Source of the DNA: an uncultured Candidatus Rokubacteria bacterium
GTDB taxonomy: Bacteria; Methylomirabilota; Methylomirabilia; Rokubacteriales; CSP1-6
Direction: 5' to 3'
DNA length: 64,000 nucleotides
Assembly: GCA_963789955.1 (NCBI GenBank)
Contig: CAWBMV010000034.1
Location: 1,088,001 to 1,152,000, forward strand
Of this stretch, positions 12,553 to 22,027 are shown piece by piece. The translations under genes and the position numbers were made by a program. Every line of letters begins with the position of its first letter. The stretch's first letter is position 1. Under the pieces are notes generated by a model. The model was not told the origin of the DNA, made no database searches, and saw only the letters and a program-made list of their open reading frames with translations.

Positions 12553-13515
12553 GTGCCCTCGAGTCTGCTCGCCCTGCTCGACGACATCGTCACGGTGCTC
12601 GACGACGTGTCGGCACTCAGCAAGGTCGCCGCACAGAAAACAGCAGGGGTGCTGGGCGACGACGTCGCGCTCAGCGCCGAGCAGGCGGCTGGTCTGCGAC
12701 CCGACCGCGAGCTGCCGGTCGTCTGGGCGGTTGCCAAGGGCTCCCTACGGAACAAGGCCATCTTGGTGCCTGCGGCGCTGGCCGTCAGCGCTTTCGTGCC
12801 GTGGGCCATGATGCCACTGCTCATGCTGGGCGGCGCATATCTCTGCTACGAAGGGTTCGAGAAGCTCGCGCACAAGTTCGTGCGGCGCCGGGCCAAGGAC
12901 GATGTGCACGATGCCGACCTGGTGCATGCCAGGTCCGATCTCTCGGTGGACCTCGTATCGGCCGAGAAAGCGAAGATCAAGGGGGCCGTGCGTACCGACT
13001 TCGTGCTCTCCGCGGAGATCATTGTGATCACGCTGAGCAACGTGGCGTACGCGCCTTTCGCCACGCGGGTCGGGGTGCTGGTCGGCATCGCGCTCATCAT
13101 GACGGCGGGCGTCTATGGTCTGGTCGGTGGCCTCGTCAAGCTCGACGATGTCGGACTCCATCTCAGCCGACGCGGCGGTGACGCGATGGTCTCCCGGATT
13201 CAGCGCCGCATCGGGACAAGCATTCTCGAGGCCGCGCCGTTGATCATGAGGGGCCTGTCGATCGTCGGCACGGCTGCAATGTTCCTGGTGGGCGGCGGTA
13301 TCCTCGTCCATGGCATTCCCGTGCCAAACGGGTGGATCGAGGGTCTGGCCGAACGCTTCGCCGCGACCCCCGGCATCGGGCGCGTGCTTCGACTTGCGCC
13401 ATCACTCCTGCTCGATGCCGTCATAGGGATCGTGGCCGGTGCGTTGGTCATGGTCGTCGTGGGCGGCTTGCAGCGCGCATTGCGTCCGCGGACGGCTGGG
13501 CCTCGGCTGGGATAG
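12553..13515 (+). CDS. DUF808 (YedI-like) inner membrane protein
   Basis: SLLALLDDI, KTAGVLGDD, RELPVVWAVAKGS and IKGAVRTDFVLSAEI motifs. Confidence 0.88.
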   Translation: MPSSLLALLDDIVTVLDDVSALSKVAAQKTAGVLGDDVALSAEQAAGLRPDRELPVVWAVAKGSLRNKAILVPAALAVSAFVPWAMMPLLMLGGAYLCYEGFEKLAHKFVRRRAKDDVHDADLVHARSDLSVDLVSAEKAKIKGAVRTDFVLSAEIIVITLSNVAYAPFATRVGVLVGIALIMTAGVYGLVGGLVKLDDVGLHLSRRGGDAMVSRIQRRIGTSILEAAPLIMRGLSIVGTAAMFLVGGGILVHGIPVPNGWIEGLAERFAATPGIGRVLRLAPSLLLDAVIGIVAGALVMVVVGGLQRALRPRTAGPRLG

Positions 13516-13540
13516 GTCCGGAATGGTCCTCGACGCGTCG

Positions 13541-14455
13541 TCACCGCTTGGTCGAGCCGCCGTCAGCCTCCGCCCACGTCCGATCGGGGTTGTACGTCTT
13601 CATCGCGTTCGCCGCCTGCGCCGTCTTCGGCCCGAGATCCTTCTGATACACAACCCCGTCCTGATTGACGATGAAGGTCATGATGCCCGAGGCGCCGTAG
13701 CTTGCCGGGTATGCGACGAGCGCGAAGCCGCCGATCATGTGCCCCCGCACGACGAAGTCATAGGCTCCTCCGGGCGCGTCGGGGCCCTGTGCCAGGAGGA
13801 TCCGATAGAAGTAGCCGTGATAGGGAGCCGGGCCGCGAGGCGGAGGAAGCGGATAGCCCGCGGCCCGGGCCCTAGCCACCAGCGGGCCGAGCGGGCTGTC
13901 CAGCTCACCGGGCCGAGTCTCCCAGTAGAGGCCGTCGTGCTTTCCCTTGGTGCTGTCGAGCCGCTGCGCGTATTCGAGAAGCCCCTGACCTCGGGAATAG
14001 TATTCGCGCTGAGCATCGACGTAGGCCAGGCACACCTGGATCGTGGCGAGCTCGTTTTCGCCGATCCGGCGATTGAGAAGCTCGTCGTCTCCAGCGTCGG
14101 TATCCCAGAGCCAGCGCGGGCCGTCGGGCACGAGCGGGATCGGGAACGGGAAGTCATCGTCGCCGACGTAGAGCACGACTTTGCCGCCGCCGCCATCGAG
14201 CCGGTGAGCGCGGTCGTACTCCGCCGTGAAGCGCTGGAATGCCGCACGGTCGGCGACGTCGTCTCCGGACCACACCAGCGGATTTCCCTGCGGCCCGAGG
14301 ATCTCGACCAGCGCCTTTCGGTCGGCCGCGCGAAGGGCCGCGACGAGCGCATTGACCGCCTCGTCAAGAGAGGCGAAGGTCTTCTGCGCGGGTGCGGCGA
14401 ATGTCGCGCACTGCAGGGCGAGCATGATCGCGAGCGCGACGCTCAGTCTTTTCAT
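13541..14455 (-). CDS. DUF2950 domain exported protein
   Basis: RRIGENEL, YVDAQREY, PYHGYFYRIL, YGASGIMTFIVNQDGVVYQKDLG; ATGA-coupled to the DUF3300 gene. Confidence 0.88.
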   Translation of the reverse strand: MKRLSVALAIMLALQCATFAAPAQKTFASLDEAVNALVAALRAADRKALVEILGPQGNPLVWSGDDVADRAAFQRFTAEYDRAHRLDGGGGKVVLYVGDDDFPFPIPLVPDGPRWLWDTDAGDDELLNRRIGENELATIQVCLAYVDAQREYYSRGQGLLEYAQRLDSTKGKHDGLYWETRPGELDSPLGPLVARARAAGYPLPPPRGPAPYHGYFYRILLAQGPDAPGGAYDFVVRGHMIGGFALVAYPASYGASGIMTFIVNQDGVVYQKDLGPKTAQAANAMKTYNPDRTWAEADGGSTKR

Positions 14456-15801
14456 CGCCGCCCTCCGCCGCGCCCACCGCCACCCCCGCCGCCACCGCCG
14501 CGCCCACCGCCGCCTCCGGAGTAGCCGCCCCCGCCCCCTCGGCTCCCGCCGCCGCTGTAGCTGCTCCCGCGCGACGACTGACCACGCTGGCTGTAGGACC
14601 GCTCGCTCTGCCCTTGCCCCACACCCTCGAACGCTCGGCCGCCTCCCGCGTCGCCGCGCTGTCCGCCGGCGCCGGATCCGATCGAGCCTTCTCGGCCGCG
14701 TGCCGTGCCCGCGCCGCTCTGGCCGACTCCACCGGCGCGCTGCCCGCCGCCTGCCGATCCGACTCCGCCCTCGCGCGAACGTGCCGCGCCCTGGCCCGCT
14801 CCGCCGCGCCCCATCTCTTGTCGCCCTTGCTCGGCCCGGCCGCGGAACGATTCGCGCGAGGCGGCCCTGGCGCTGTCGCCGCCTCGGTTGAATTTCTGCT
14901 GAGTGGCCGAGTCACGGTACTGGGCGCCCTTCCGGTGCTCGGGGTTGTGTTGCCACGACCCCCGGTCGCCACGGGCTCCGGCGGCGCGGTCGGAAGTGCG
15001 CGGGCTGACCCTGTCCCCGCGGTTCACGTTCCTGTTGAAGTTGTTCTGCCGGTTCACGTCGATGTCGATGTTGCCGCCGCCCCAGTTGCACCCGCCCCAG
15101 ATCGCGCCGCCGACCGCCATCCCGATGCCGAACGCGATCGCAGCCGTTGCGAAGTAGCCGACGGGATAATACGGCGGGTAGTAATAATAAGGAGGATAGG
15201 CCGGATATGGCCATCCTCCGTAAACGACCGTCGGATTGTAGGTCGGTACGTAGATGACGTCGGGACTCGCCGGCTCAATTCTAATTACCGTCTGCTGCTG
15301 AGGCTGGCCCTCGGCCTGTTCGACGATCACCTTCTGCTGCTCGGTCGACTTGAGATTGCCGGCCGACTGCGCCTTCGCCCTCAGGCGCTGGATCGCGTCC
15401 ATCGTGTCCTTCTGCTGAGCGAGGACGGCGTCGCCGAGCTTCTGCATCCACTCCAGCTGGTTGTCCATCATCTCGAGCACCTGGGGAAAGCCGACGAGGG
15501 CCTTGACGCTGTCGTCCCAGGTTTGCTTCTTGAGCTCTTCGTTGAGCGCGTCGCCCTTCAGGTTCGGATTGCTCTTCGCGAACCGTGCCGCCTGGATGAC
15601 CTCGAGGGGATACGTGGACGCCATGAAGATCTGCGCCACGAGCGGGTCCGGATACAACGCGATCGGCGCCACGATCTGCTCGAGCTCCTCGGGCTTGAAG
15701 GGGCCGGGCTGCTGCGCTCGTGGAAGGGGCGGCGCCGCGAGCAGAACCACGAGGCCGATCGACACGCATCCGGCCAGTGCTCTGTGAATCCGGCTACTCA
15801 T
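14452..15801 (-). CDS. DUF3300 domain protein with Gly/Arg-rich tail
   Basis: EELEQIVAPIALYPDPL, WDDSVKAL, IYVPTYNPTVVYG; long RGG-rich C-terminus. Confidence 0.88.
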   Translation of the reverse strand: MSSRIHRALAGCVSIGLVVLLAAPPLPRAQQPGPFKPEELEQIVAPIALYPDPLVAQIFMASTYPLEVIQAARFAKSNPNLKGDALNEELKKQTWDDSVKALVGFPQVLEMMDNQLEWMQKLGDAVLAQQKDTMDAIQRLRAKAQSAGNLKSTEQQKVIVEQAEGQPQQQTVIRIEPASPDVIYVPTYNPTVVYGGWPYPAYPPYYYYPPYYPVGYFATAAIAFGIGMAVGGAIWGGCNWGGGNIDIDVNRQNNFNRNVNRGDRVSPRTSDRAAGARGDRGSWQHNPEHRKGAQYRDSATQQKFNRGGDSARAASRESFRGRAEQGRQEMGRGGAGQGAARSREGGVGSAGGGQRAGGVGQSGAGTARGREGSIGSGAGGQRGDAGGGRAFEGVGQGQSERSYSQRGQSSRGSSYSGGGSRGGGGGYSGGGGGRGGGGGGGGGRGGGRR

Positions 15802-16013
15802 AGCTCTTCTCCACTCGCGTGCGGCGTCTGCCGGCCGTCTCCATCGGTCACGCAGGTGATCTCCCGATGTGCTTATGCCGGTAACGTCCCGGCCGAAATG
15901 GGACCTTGGTCGCAAGTTAGGGACGCCACGGCACAGCCATGACTATCTCAGCGGGATGATGCGACGGGACGTTGGGGAGACCGTCCCGGATGAGCGCGGA
16001 GAAATCCTTCGTC

Positions 16014-17924
16014 TCACTGATCCGCGAGGTGCTCGAGCAGGATCCGCCTGACCTCCAGGATCGTGTCGGGCTCGGCCTGGCACGAATGGGGCGATCGCAC
16101 GATCTTCTCGGACTCGACCTCGTCGAGGTGCGCGCTCTCGTAGGCGACGACCCCGTCCGTCTTTCCGCTCACCGGGCCTTCACCGAGTACCGCGATGATC
16201 GAGTGGGCGGTGACACCCGGGGCGATCGGGCTCGCTGACAGCGTTCGGACGAAGCGATTACCCGGGCGCATGTTGTCGACGGCCGTCGGCATGGCTTTGG
16301 CGGCGTTTTGAGCTTCGACGAGATCAGGATTCTCCGCGGCGAGCTCGTTCATGTGCTTCGCGAGGGTGACGGGAAGGGTGACGACGCGGCGCACCAGATC
16401 CAGGACGAGCGATGAGACGCGGAAGCTCCCGCGATGCGGCGTCGCGATGAACACGACCCGGCTCACGGGTGGCACCGGCTTGAAGAACATTCCGTTCCGG
16501 ATGAGCGCCAGCGCTTCCGGCGACCCCTTGATCTCGGAGAAGGGCTTCTGGGACACGTTGTTCCAGAAGCGGTTGCCGCTGTCCGTGACCATGAGCCGCG
16601 TCAGCATTCCACCCTGGCTGTGCCCGATCACCACCATCCGGTGCAGGGCCGGGTCGCGACCGTCCGGATCGAGCTGCTTGACGATATCGAGGAGCGCGGC
16701 CCGCAGCTCGCTCGCCGACAGGAGGATCGGATTGCTGGTCGAATAGGTGAAGAGCCAGAACTGGATGCGGCCATTCAACAAGGGGTCGTTCTGGAGGTCG
16801 TTGATCATGTCCGCCCAGCGTGCGGGGCTCGACGCCGTACCGTGAACGAGCACGACCGGAATCCGCCCCGCCCGATAGGGATGAAGCATGACGAGACTCG
16901 TGCCGGATCTGCGGCCGGGCGAGAGGAAGAAGCCCAACTCGGTGTCCCACACGGGCGCGCCTTCGAGGGCGTAGGCGAGAACCGCGCTGAACTCCTGCTC
17001 GAGGGGCAGCTTCCGGCCCTCGACCTCGGCCGTCAACGCTTCGTCGGACGGATAGAGCTCGAGGCGGCCTCGGAGCTGGCCACTGGCGATGCCCTCCGAC
17101 ACGTCCTCCAGTCGCACGAACGCCGTCACCGGGACCTTGATCCGCTTCGGGATGTACTTGCGCGCGATTTCGGCCTCGGGTCCGCTTCCGTCCTGGGTCA
17201 CCTCCGCGGCGAGCGCCGCGCCGATGCCCGGCTGGCGATAGCGATTGCGGAGCCCGCGAATGCTGAACTCGCCGACCGAGATGAAGCGATTCATGCGGAG
17301 GCCGCCCCACACGAACTCGGACGCGTTGCCCTGCAGCTCGAGCCGGCCGAATGGTAGGGCGAGCGTCCGATCGGTCAGTGTGACCTCGGTCGCCTCCTCT
17401 TCAGCCGCGGTGCGGCCCGGTGTCGTCGAGCGGTCATTCGTGTCGGCCGGCGCCGGTGGCACCGCGAGCGCCAGGGCCAGACCGAAGTTGTAGAGATCGG
17501 CGGCGAGCCGTGTGCGCGAATCGAGGGGATCGTCGATCGCGCCGTCCTTCCGAAACAGAAACGCATAGGCGTAAACGGCGGCCGCCAGGTAATGGTCCTG
17601 GCGGTTTTCCTGCTGGGCGTAGATGAAGGAAAGCTCGGCCAGCGCGAAGAGTCGGTCGCGGCTGAGCCCGGTGCCCTGGCCGCGGAGCTGTTCGATCGCG
17701 CCCTCGGGGTCCTTGTCGAAGCGTTCGGCGAGGCCGAGGCGATGGAGGAATTGCTCCGTCGCGGCGCTGGGCTGGCCGTTGGTCAGCACGCTCCGTGTGA
17801 CCGCGCGGTGGATCTCTTTCGGACCCGAGAGCGAGACACCGATCGGCGTGGCGCAGGCGCCCGCCAGGAGCAGGACGCCGATCAGCGGGAGGAGCGCGAG
17901 AGCTCTACTTGACCGAATATCCAC
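16014..17924 (-). CDS. Lipoprotein alpha/beta hydrolase (lipase/esterase-like)
   Basis: Lipobox LLAGAC; VHGTASS oxyanion motif, GHSQGG nucleophile elbow, IATPHRGS, DGVVAY. Confidence 0.8.
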   Translation of the reverse strand: MDIRSSRALALLPLIGVLLLAGACATPIGVSLSGPKEIHRAVTRSVLTNGQPSAATEQFLHRLGLAERFDKDPEGAIEQLRGQGTGLSRDRLFALAELSFIYAQQENRQDHYLAAAVYAYAFLFRKDGAIDDPLDSRTRLAADLYNFGLALALAVPPAPADTNDRSTTPGRTAAEEEATEVTLTDRTLALPFGRLELQGNASEFVWGGLRMNRFISVGEFSIRGLRNRYRQPGIGAALAAEVTQDGSGPEAEIARKYIPKRIKVPVTAFVRLEDVSEGIASGQLRGRLELYPSDEALTAEVEGRKLPLEQEFSAVLAYALEGAPVWDTELGFFLSPGRRSGTSLVMLHPYRAGRIPVVLVHGTASSPARWADMINDLQNDPLLNGRIQFWLFTYSTSNPILLSASELRAALLDIVKQLDPDGRDPALHRMVVIGHSQGGMLTRLMVTDSGNRFWNNVSQKPFSEIKGSPEALALIRNGMFFKPVPPVSRVVFIATPHRGSFRVSSLVLDLVRRVVTLPVTLAKHMNELAAENPDLVEAQNAAKAMPTAVDNMRPGNRFVRTLSASPIAPGVTAHSIIAVLGEGPVSGKTDGVVAYESAHLDEVESEKIVRSPHSCQAEPDTILEVRRILLEHLADQ

Positions 17925-18372
17925 GCCCCGCCAGGCACGTCGCGTAGGCCTTCTCGTAGTTGCCGTAGGCGGCCTGTTGCTGGGCCTGCGCCTGCTGGGA
18001 GGCTTGCGCCGACGCGCGGTTGTTGGAGTTTTGTTTCATTCTGCCACCGACGGCGCCCGCGGTGGCGCCCACCGCGGCACCCTTCCCGGCATCGCCCCCG
18101 ACGGCGCCCGCGGCGGCGCCCACCGCGGCTCCGCGCGCCGCGCCCCTCGCGGCACCGCCCTGCTGCGGCGGCGGCGCGGCGGCGGTCTGCGGCGGTGCGG
18201 CCGGATCGAAGCCCGTCTGCTGCTTGGCCCAGTTGTGACACTCGTACTGGTCCTTCTCGAACGCATCCTGGCTCTGCCCCGGCTTGGGGTAGACGTAGAT
18301 CTCGGCCTGCGCCGCGCTCACGAGCGCACACGCGACGAGTCCGGCAACGATCGCGGCCGTCCAGCTCTTCAT
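17905..18372 (-). CDS. Glycine-zipper (YMGG-like) exported protein
   Basis: Signal peptide; DQYECHNWA...CLAGRGYSVK; GAARGAAVGAAAGAVGG zipper. Confidence 0.75.
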   Translation of the reverse strand: MKSWTAAIVAGLVACALVSAAQAEIYVYPKPGQSQDAFEKDQYECHNWAKQQTGFDPAAPPQTAAAPPPQQGGAARGAARGAAVGAAAGAVGGDAGKGAAVGATAGAVGGRMKQNSNNRASAQASQQAQAQQQAAYGNYEKAYATCLAGRGYSVK

Positions 18373-18427
18373 GCCCGTCCTCCGAGATGTCAAACGCATG
18401 TCTCGATCAGTTGAGGCCGCGGCCTGG

Positions 18428-18970
18428 TCATCGTGCGAGCGGCACGACGGACGCGAGCTGGGCCAGGAGTATGGCGTCGAGCTTGTTGTCCGCCTGGAAG
18501 AAGCGCATCACTTTGCGTGCCGGGAGGATCTTTTTGAAGCGCGACACGTACTTGTCCTTCACGGCCGTTCTGGCCTTCTCGACGCTGATCCACTCCTTCA
18601 TGAGCTGGGACGCCTGCACGTCGGTCAGCGCGTCGTACTGCTCAGAGTACTGGACGAGCGCCTTGGCGACGCGGTCGCCCACCTTCGCCATCTCGATGCG
18701 ATAGTCGCGATAGAGCGGCCAGAACGCTTCTGACTCCTTCGGGGTCAGGTCCATCACGGATGTCATGATGGCCTGACGGCGGAGCTGGATCGACGCCCGC
18801 GTCAGCGCCACGTCGCTCGTCAGGTCTTCCTCGTCGGCTCCGGGAGCCGAGCTGCCCGCCGGGGGCTGGGCGGGCGCCGTCGGCTGCTGTGCCACGACCC
18901 AGCTGGTCATTGACACCGCGAGGCCGAGTGCCACCAAGAGCATGATCGTTCGTCGCGCAGCCTTGCTCAT
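18428..18970 (-). CDS. Exported helical hypothetical protein
   Basis: Signal peptide, AGGAG SD, LTPKESEAFWPLYRDY motif. Confidence 0.7.
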   Translation of the reverse strand: MSKAARRTIMLLVALGLAVSMTSWVVAQQPTAPAQPPAGSSAPGADEEDLTSDVALTRASIQLRRQAIMTSVMDLTPKESEAFWPLYRDYRIEMAKVGDRVAKALVQYSEQYDALTDVQASQLMKEWISVEKARTAVKDKYVSRFKKILPARKVMRFFQADNKLDAILLAQLASVVPLAR

Positions 18971-19063
18971 TCCGTTCTCCTTAAGCACGCACGTCTGTGG
19001 AGGAGTGGCCCATCAGCGGGGTGAAAAGCGGCACGCCCGAGGTGACGGTGATCGTCGTCTCTA

Positions 19064-19387
19064 CTATCGTGATGCCCGCGTGAAGGCCGAGAGCACCGTT
19101 TCGGTGGGAGCCGCCTTGCAATAGCCGAGGGCTCGGTCGATGAGCTCAGCGACCTGGCGCTCGTCCCAGACCGTGTGACGACGCATCCCGTCGACGTAGC
19201 CGTTGAAGTACACCAGGAGCCGATCCATCCGCTCGCTCGAGATCGCCTGCAGTTCCGCGCATTTGACCTGGTCGATCTGGATGACGCGCGGAGTGAGGGT
19301 CATCTGAGCCGGCGCCCGCTCGGGCTGGAATTCTGCCGCCGCCAGGGCCAGGCACGACGCCACGAGTATTGGAGCGCCCCGATTCAC
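19064..19387 (-). CDS. HdeA/HdeB-like periplasmic acid-stress chaperone
   Basis: Small exported protein; IDQVKCAEL...YFNGY...YCKAAPTETVL two-Cys pattern of the HdeA family. Confidence 0.65.
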   Translation of the reverse strand: MNRGAPILVASCLALAAAEFQPERAPAQMTLTPRVIQIDQVKCAELQAISSERMDRLLVYFNGYVDGMRRHTVWDERQVAELIDRALGYCKAAPTETVLSAFTRASR

Positions 19388-19513
19388 GCCATCACCAACG
19401 TCATATCTGTCCCCCACACACCGGCGCCGTATCGTACGCAGGCGCCCGGCCTTCCAACAACCCCGCCTAAGGTCGCAAGGGGGCCCGTCATGAGTCCGAT
19501 GAGCGGCGGCGTG

Positions 19514-20395
19514 TCAGATCCGCGGTCGCGTCTCACGGGCGAATTTCTCGTAGATCGAGATCATGTCGTCGAGGTCGCGGACGCGCGACTCGAGGATCAC
19601 GTGGCTCACCCCGAGCGCGGCGAGCTCCCGGATCTCGCGCACGAGCGCCTCGGCGTCCTGGCGCGCGGGCAGACCGAGGCGGGCGCTGATGGTCAGCGAG
19701 CTCATGTCGCGGCCGACCTGACGGCACGCGGCCGTGAGGTCCGCGAGCCCGGCTTTCATCTTCGCGGCGCTTGGAAACGCGGCGTGCCAGCCGTCACCGA
19801 GCTCGGCGACACGGCGGAGCGCACGCGGCGTATGACCGCCGATCCAGACGGGGATCGTTCCCTGCGCGGGCTTCGGCGCCACGCCGAGCCCCTCGAACCG
19901 CATGAACTCGCCGCGGTGGCTCACACGCTCGTCGCGCCAGCAGGCCTTCATGATCCGGATCGCCTCGTCGCTCCAGGCGCCCCGCTGCTTGTACGGCACG
20001 CCGAACAGCTCGATCTCTTCCTTCATCCAGCCGACACCCGCGCCCAGGATGACACGGCCCGGCGCCAGATGATCGAGCGTCGCGAGCATCTTGGCGGCGA
20101 GCACGGGATGACGATGGGGAAGAACGAGCACGGTCGTGCCGAGGCGGATGCGCTCGGTCACGCCGGCGACGAGGCCGAGCGCGACCAGCGGCTCCAGAAA
20201 GCTGGTGGTCGGCGCCAGCGGGAAATCGCCGGTCGGGTTATAGGGATAGCGCGACGCGATCGCGTACGGAATGACGACGTGGTCGCTGGCCCAGAGGGAG
20301 TCGTAGCCGAGCGCCTCCATGCGCCGCGCGAAGCCGAGCAGCACCTCGCGCGTGGCCGCTGGGCCGTAGACCGGAAGATGGCAGCCGATCTGCAC
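19514..20395 (-). CDS. LLM-class (putative F420-dependent) oxidoreductase
   Basis: GYDSLWASDHV, RLGTTVLVLPHRHPVLAAKMLATLD and GAGVGW motifs. Confidence 0.88.
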   Translation of the reverse strand: MQIGCHLPVYGPAATREVLLGFARRMEALGYDSLWASDHVVIPYAIASRYPYNPTGDFPLAPTTSFLEPLVALGLVAGVTERIRLGTTVLVLPHRHPVLAAKMLATLDHLAPGRVILGAGVGWMKEEIELFGVPYKQRGAWSDEAIRIMKACWRDERVSHRGEFMRFEGLGVAPKPAQGTIPVWIGGHTPRALRRVAELGDGWHAAFPSAAKMKAGLADLTAACRQVGRDMSSLTISARLGLPARQDAEALVREIRELAALGVSHVILESRVRDLDDMISIYEKFARETRPRI

Positions 20396-20400
20396 GATGA

Positions 20401-22008
20401 CTAGTCGTCGTCGCCGTAGACGACGCGTTCCCCGATCGAGTCGTCCTGGATCATCTGCACGAGGCGCGAGTGCTGGATCTTGCCGCTCGAGGTCTTCGGA
20501 ATCGTGCTGGACCGCACGAGGATCACGCGTGCCGGCCGGTGGCCGCTCGCGCGATGGACGCGGCTCGTGATCTCGCGGATCAGGTCGTGGAAGTCGTCGG
20601 GCGCGGCCTCCTCGCTGCGCACCTCGGCGACGACGTGGAGCCGCTGCGTGCCGGTGCGCTCGCTGTCGATGCCGACGGCGGCGGAGTAGCGGACACCGTT
20701 CACGCGATCGACGACCTCCTCGATGTCGGCCGGCACGACGTTCTGACCGCCGAGGATGATGAGGTCCTTGAGCCGGCCGGTCACGAAGAGGTATCCCTCG
20801 GCGTCGATGAATCCCAGATCGCCGGTCCTGAGCCAGCCGCCGGGCATGAGCACCTTCGCGGTGGCCTCCGGGTTGTTGTAGTAGCCCTTCATCACGCCGG
20901 GGCTCTTCACGCAGATCTCGCCTTCGACCCCGACCGCGCGCTCACCGGTGCCTTCGTCGATCGGCGCCAGGATGCGGACCGACACGCCGCGGCACGGCTG
21001 GCCCACGGAGAGAAAGCGTCCGCTCGGGTCGAGCCGGAGCGGCACGCCCCGCGGCCAGATGGCGACCGCCAGGGTGGCCTCGGCGAGGCCGTAGCACGGC
21101 GAGATGATGCGCTTGAGGCCGAAGTGCGACTCGAACGCCTCGATCGTGGACAAGCGCACGGGCTCGGCGCCGGAGAGCGCCGACTTGAGGCTCCCCAGGT
21201 CGAGGCCCGTCGTGTCGCGGACGTTGCGCACGCAGTTGCGGTAGCCGAAGTCCGGCGAGACCGTGAACGTCGCGCGGATCTCCGTGATCAGCGAGAGCCA
21301 CTGCCGCGGGTTGCGCAGATCGGGCGGCAGGAGCCAGATCGGCGTGCCGAGGAGCGGCGGCGTGAACGCGCAGCCGATCAGTCCCATGTCGTGGTACAGC
21401 GGCAGCCACGAGACGACGCGGTCGTCGACCGTGATGCCCGCCCCCTCGGCCATGAAGTGAATGGTCGACACGACGTTGGCGTGGGTGAGCATGACGCCGC
21501 GCGGGTGGCCCGTGCTCCCCGACGTGTACTGCAGGAACGCCAGATCGTCCGCCTTCGCCGCGGCCAGCGGCGGCGCGGGCGCGTCGATGTCGAGATCGGG
21601 CGGCTCCAGCACCATGCGAACGTTCGGCGCCAGCGCGCAGCTCTCGTCGACACCCGTGCGGAACCACCCGATGGTCGCGACCGCGATCGCTTCCGAGTCG
21701 CGGAAGATCGCGGCCGTCGTGTCCACGCCGAGCGTCGGGTAGAGCGGCACGGGCACGGCGCCGATGCGCAGCGCGCCGAAGAAGGTGTAGAAGAACTCGG
21801 CGCACGTCGGATAGATGAGGCAGACCTTGTCGCCCGCCTTGACCCCGGCGCGCGAGAGTCCGGCGGCGTACCGTCCGCTCTGCTCCCACAGACGCCCGTA
21901 GGTCACGGTCTCGTCGTACAGCCGGAAATATTGCTGGTCGGGCGAGAGTGCCGCGCGCCGCCGCATCATCTCCGTGAGCGTCGGCGCTCCTTTCACGTCA
22001 TCGACCAT
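20401..22008 (-). CDS. Fatty acyl-AMP ligase-like adenylating enzyme
   Basis: LQYTSGSTGHPRG, WLPLYHDMGLIG, YGLAEATL, TGDLGF and PKTSSGKI motifs. Confidence 0.85.
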   Translation of the reverse strand: MVDDVKGAPTLTEMMRRRAALSPDQQYFRLYDETVTYGRLWEQSGRYAAGLSRAGVKAGDKVCLIYPTCAEFFYTFFGALRIGAVPVPLYPTLGVDTTAAIFRDSEAIAVATIGWFRTGVDESCALAPNVRMVLEPPDLDIDAPAPPLAAAKADDLAFLQYTSGSTGHPRGVMLTHANVVSTIHFMAEGAGITVDDRVVSWLPLYHDMGLIGCAFTPPLLGTPIWLLPPDLRNPRQWLSLITEIRATFTVSPDFGYRNCVRNVRDTTGLDLGSLKSALSGAEPVRLSTIEAFESHFGLKRIISPCYGLAEATLAVAIWPRGVPLRLDPSGRFLSVGQPCRGVSVRILAPIDEGTGERAVGVEGEICVKSPGVMKGYYNNPEATAKVLMPGGWLRTGDLGFIDAEGYLFVTGRLKDLIILGGQNVVPADIEEVVDRVNGVRYSAAVGIDSERTGTQRLHVVAEVRSEEAAPDDFHDLIREITSRVHRASGHRPARVILVRSSTIPKTSSGKIQHSRLVQMIQDDSIGERVVYGDDD

Positions 22009-22027
22009 TCGTGGCTCCTCGACTGGC

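Noticed and set aside
15912..15928. sigma54-like TGGC...TTGC on the minus strand before DUF3300
   Set aside because: Spacing is 2 nt too long for the rigid -24/-12 geometry
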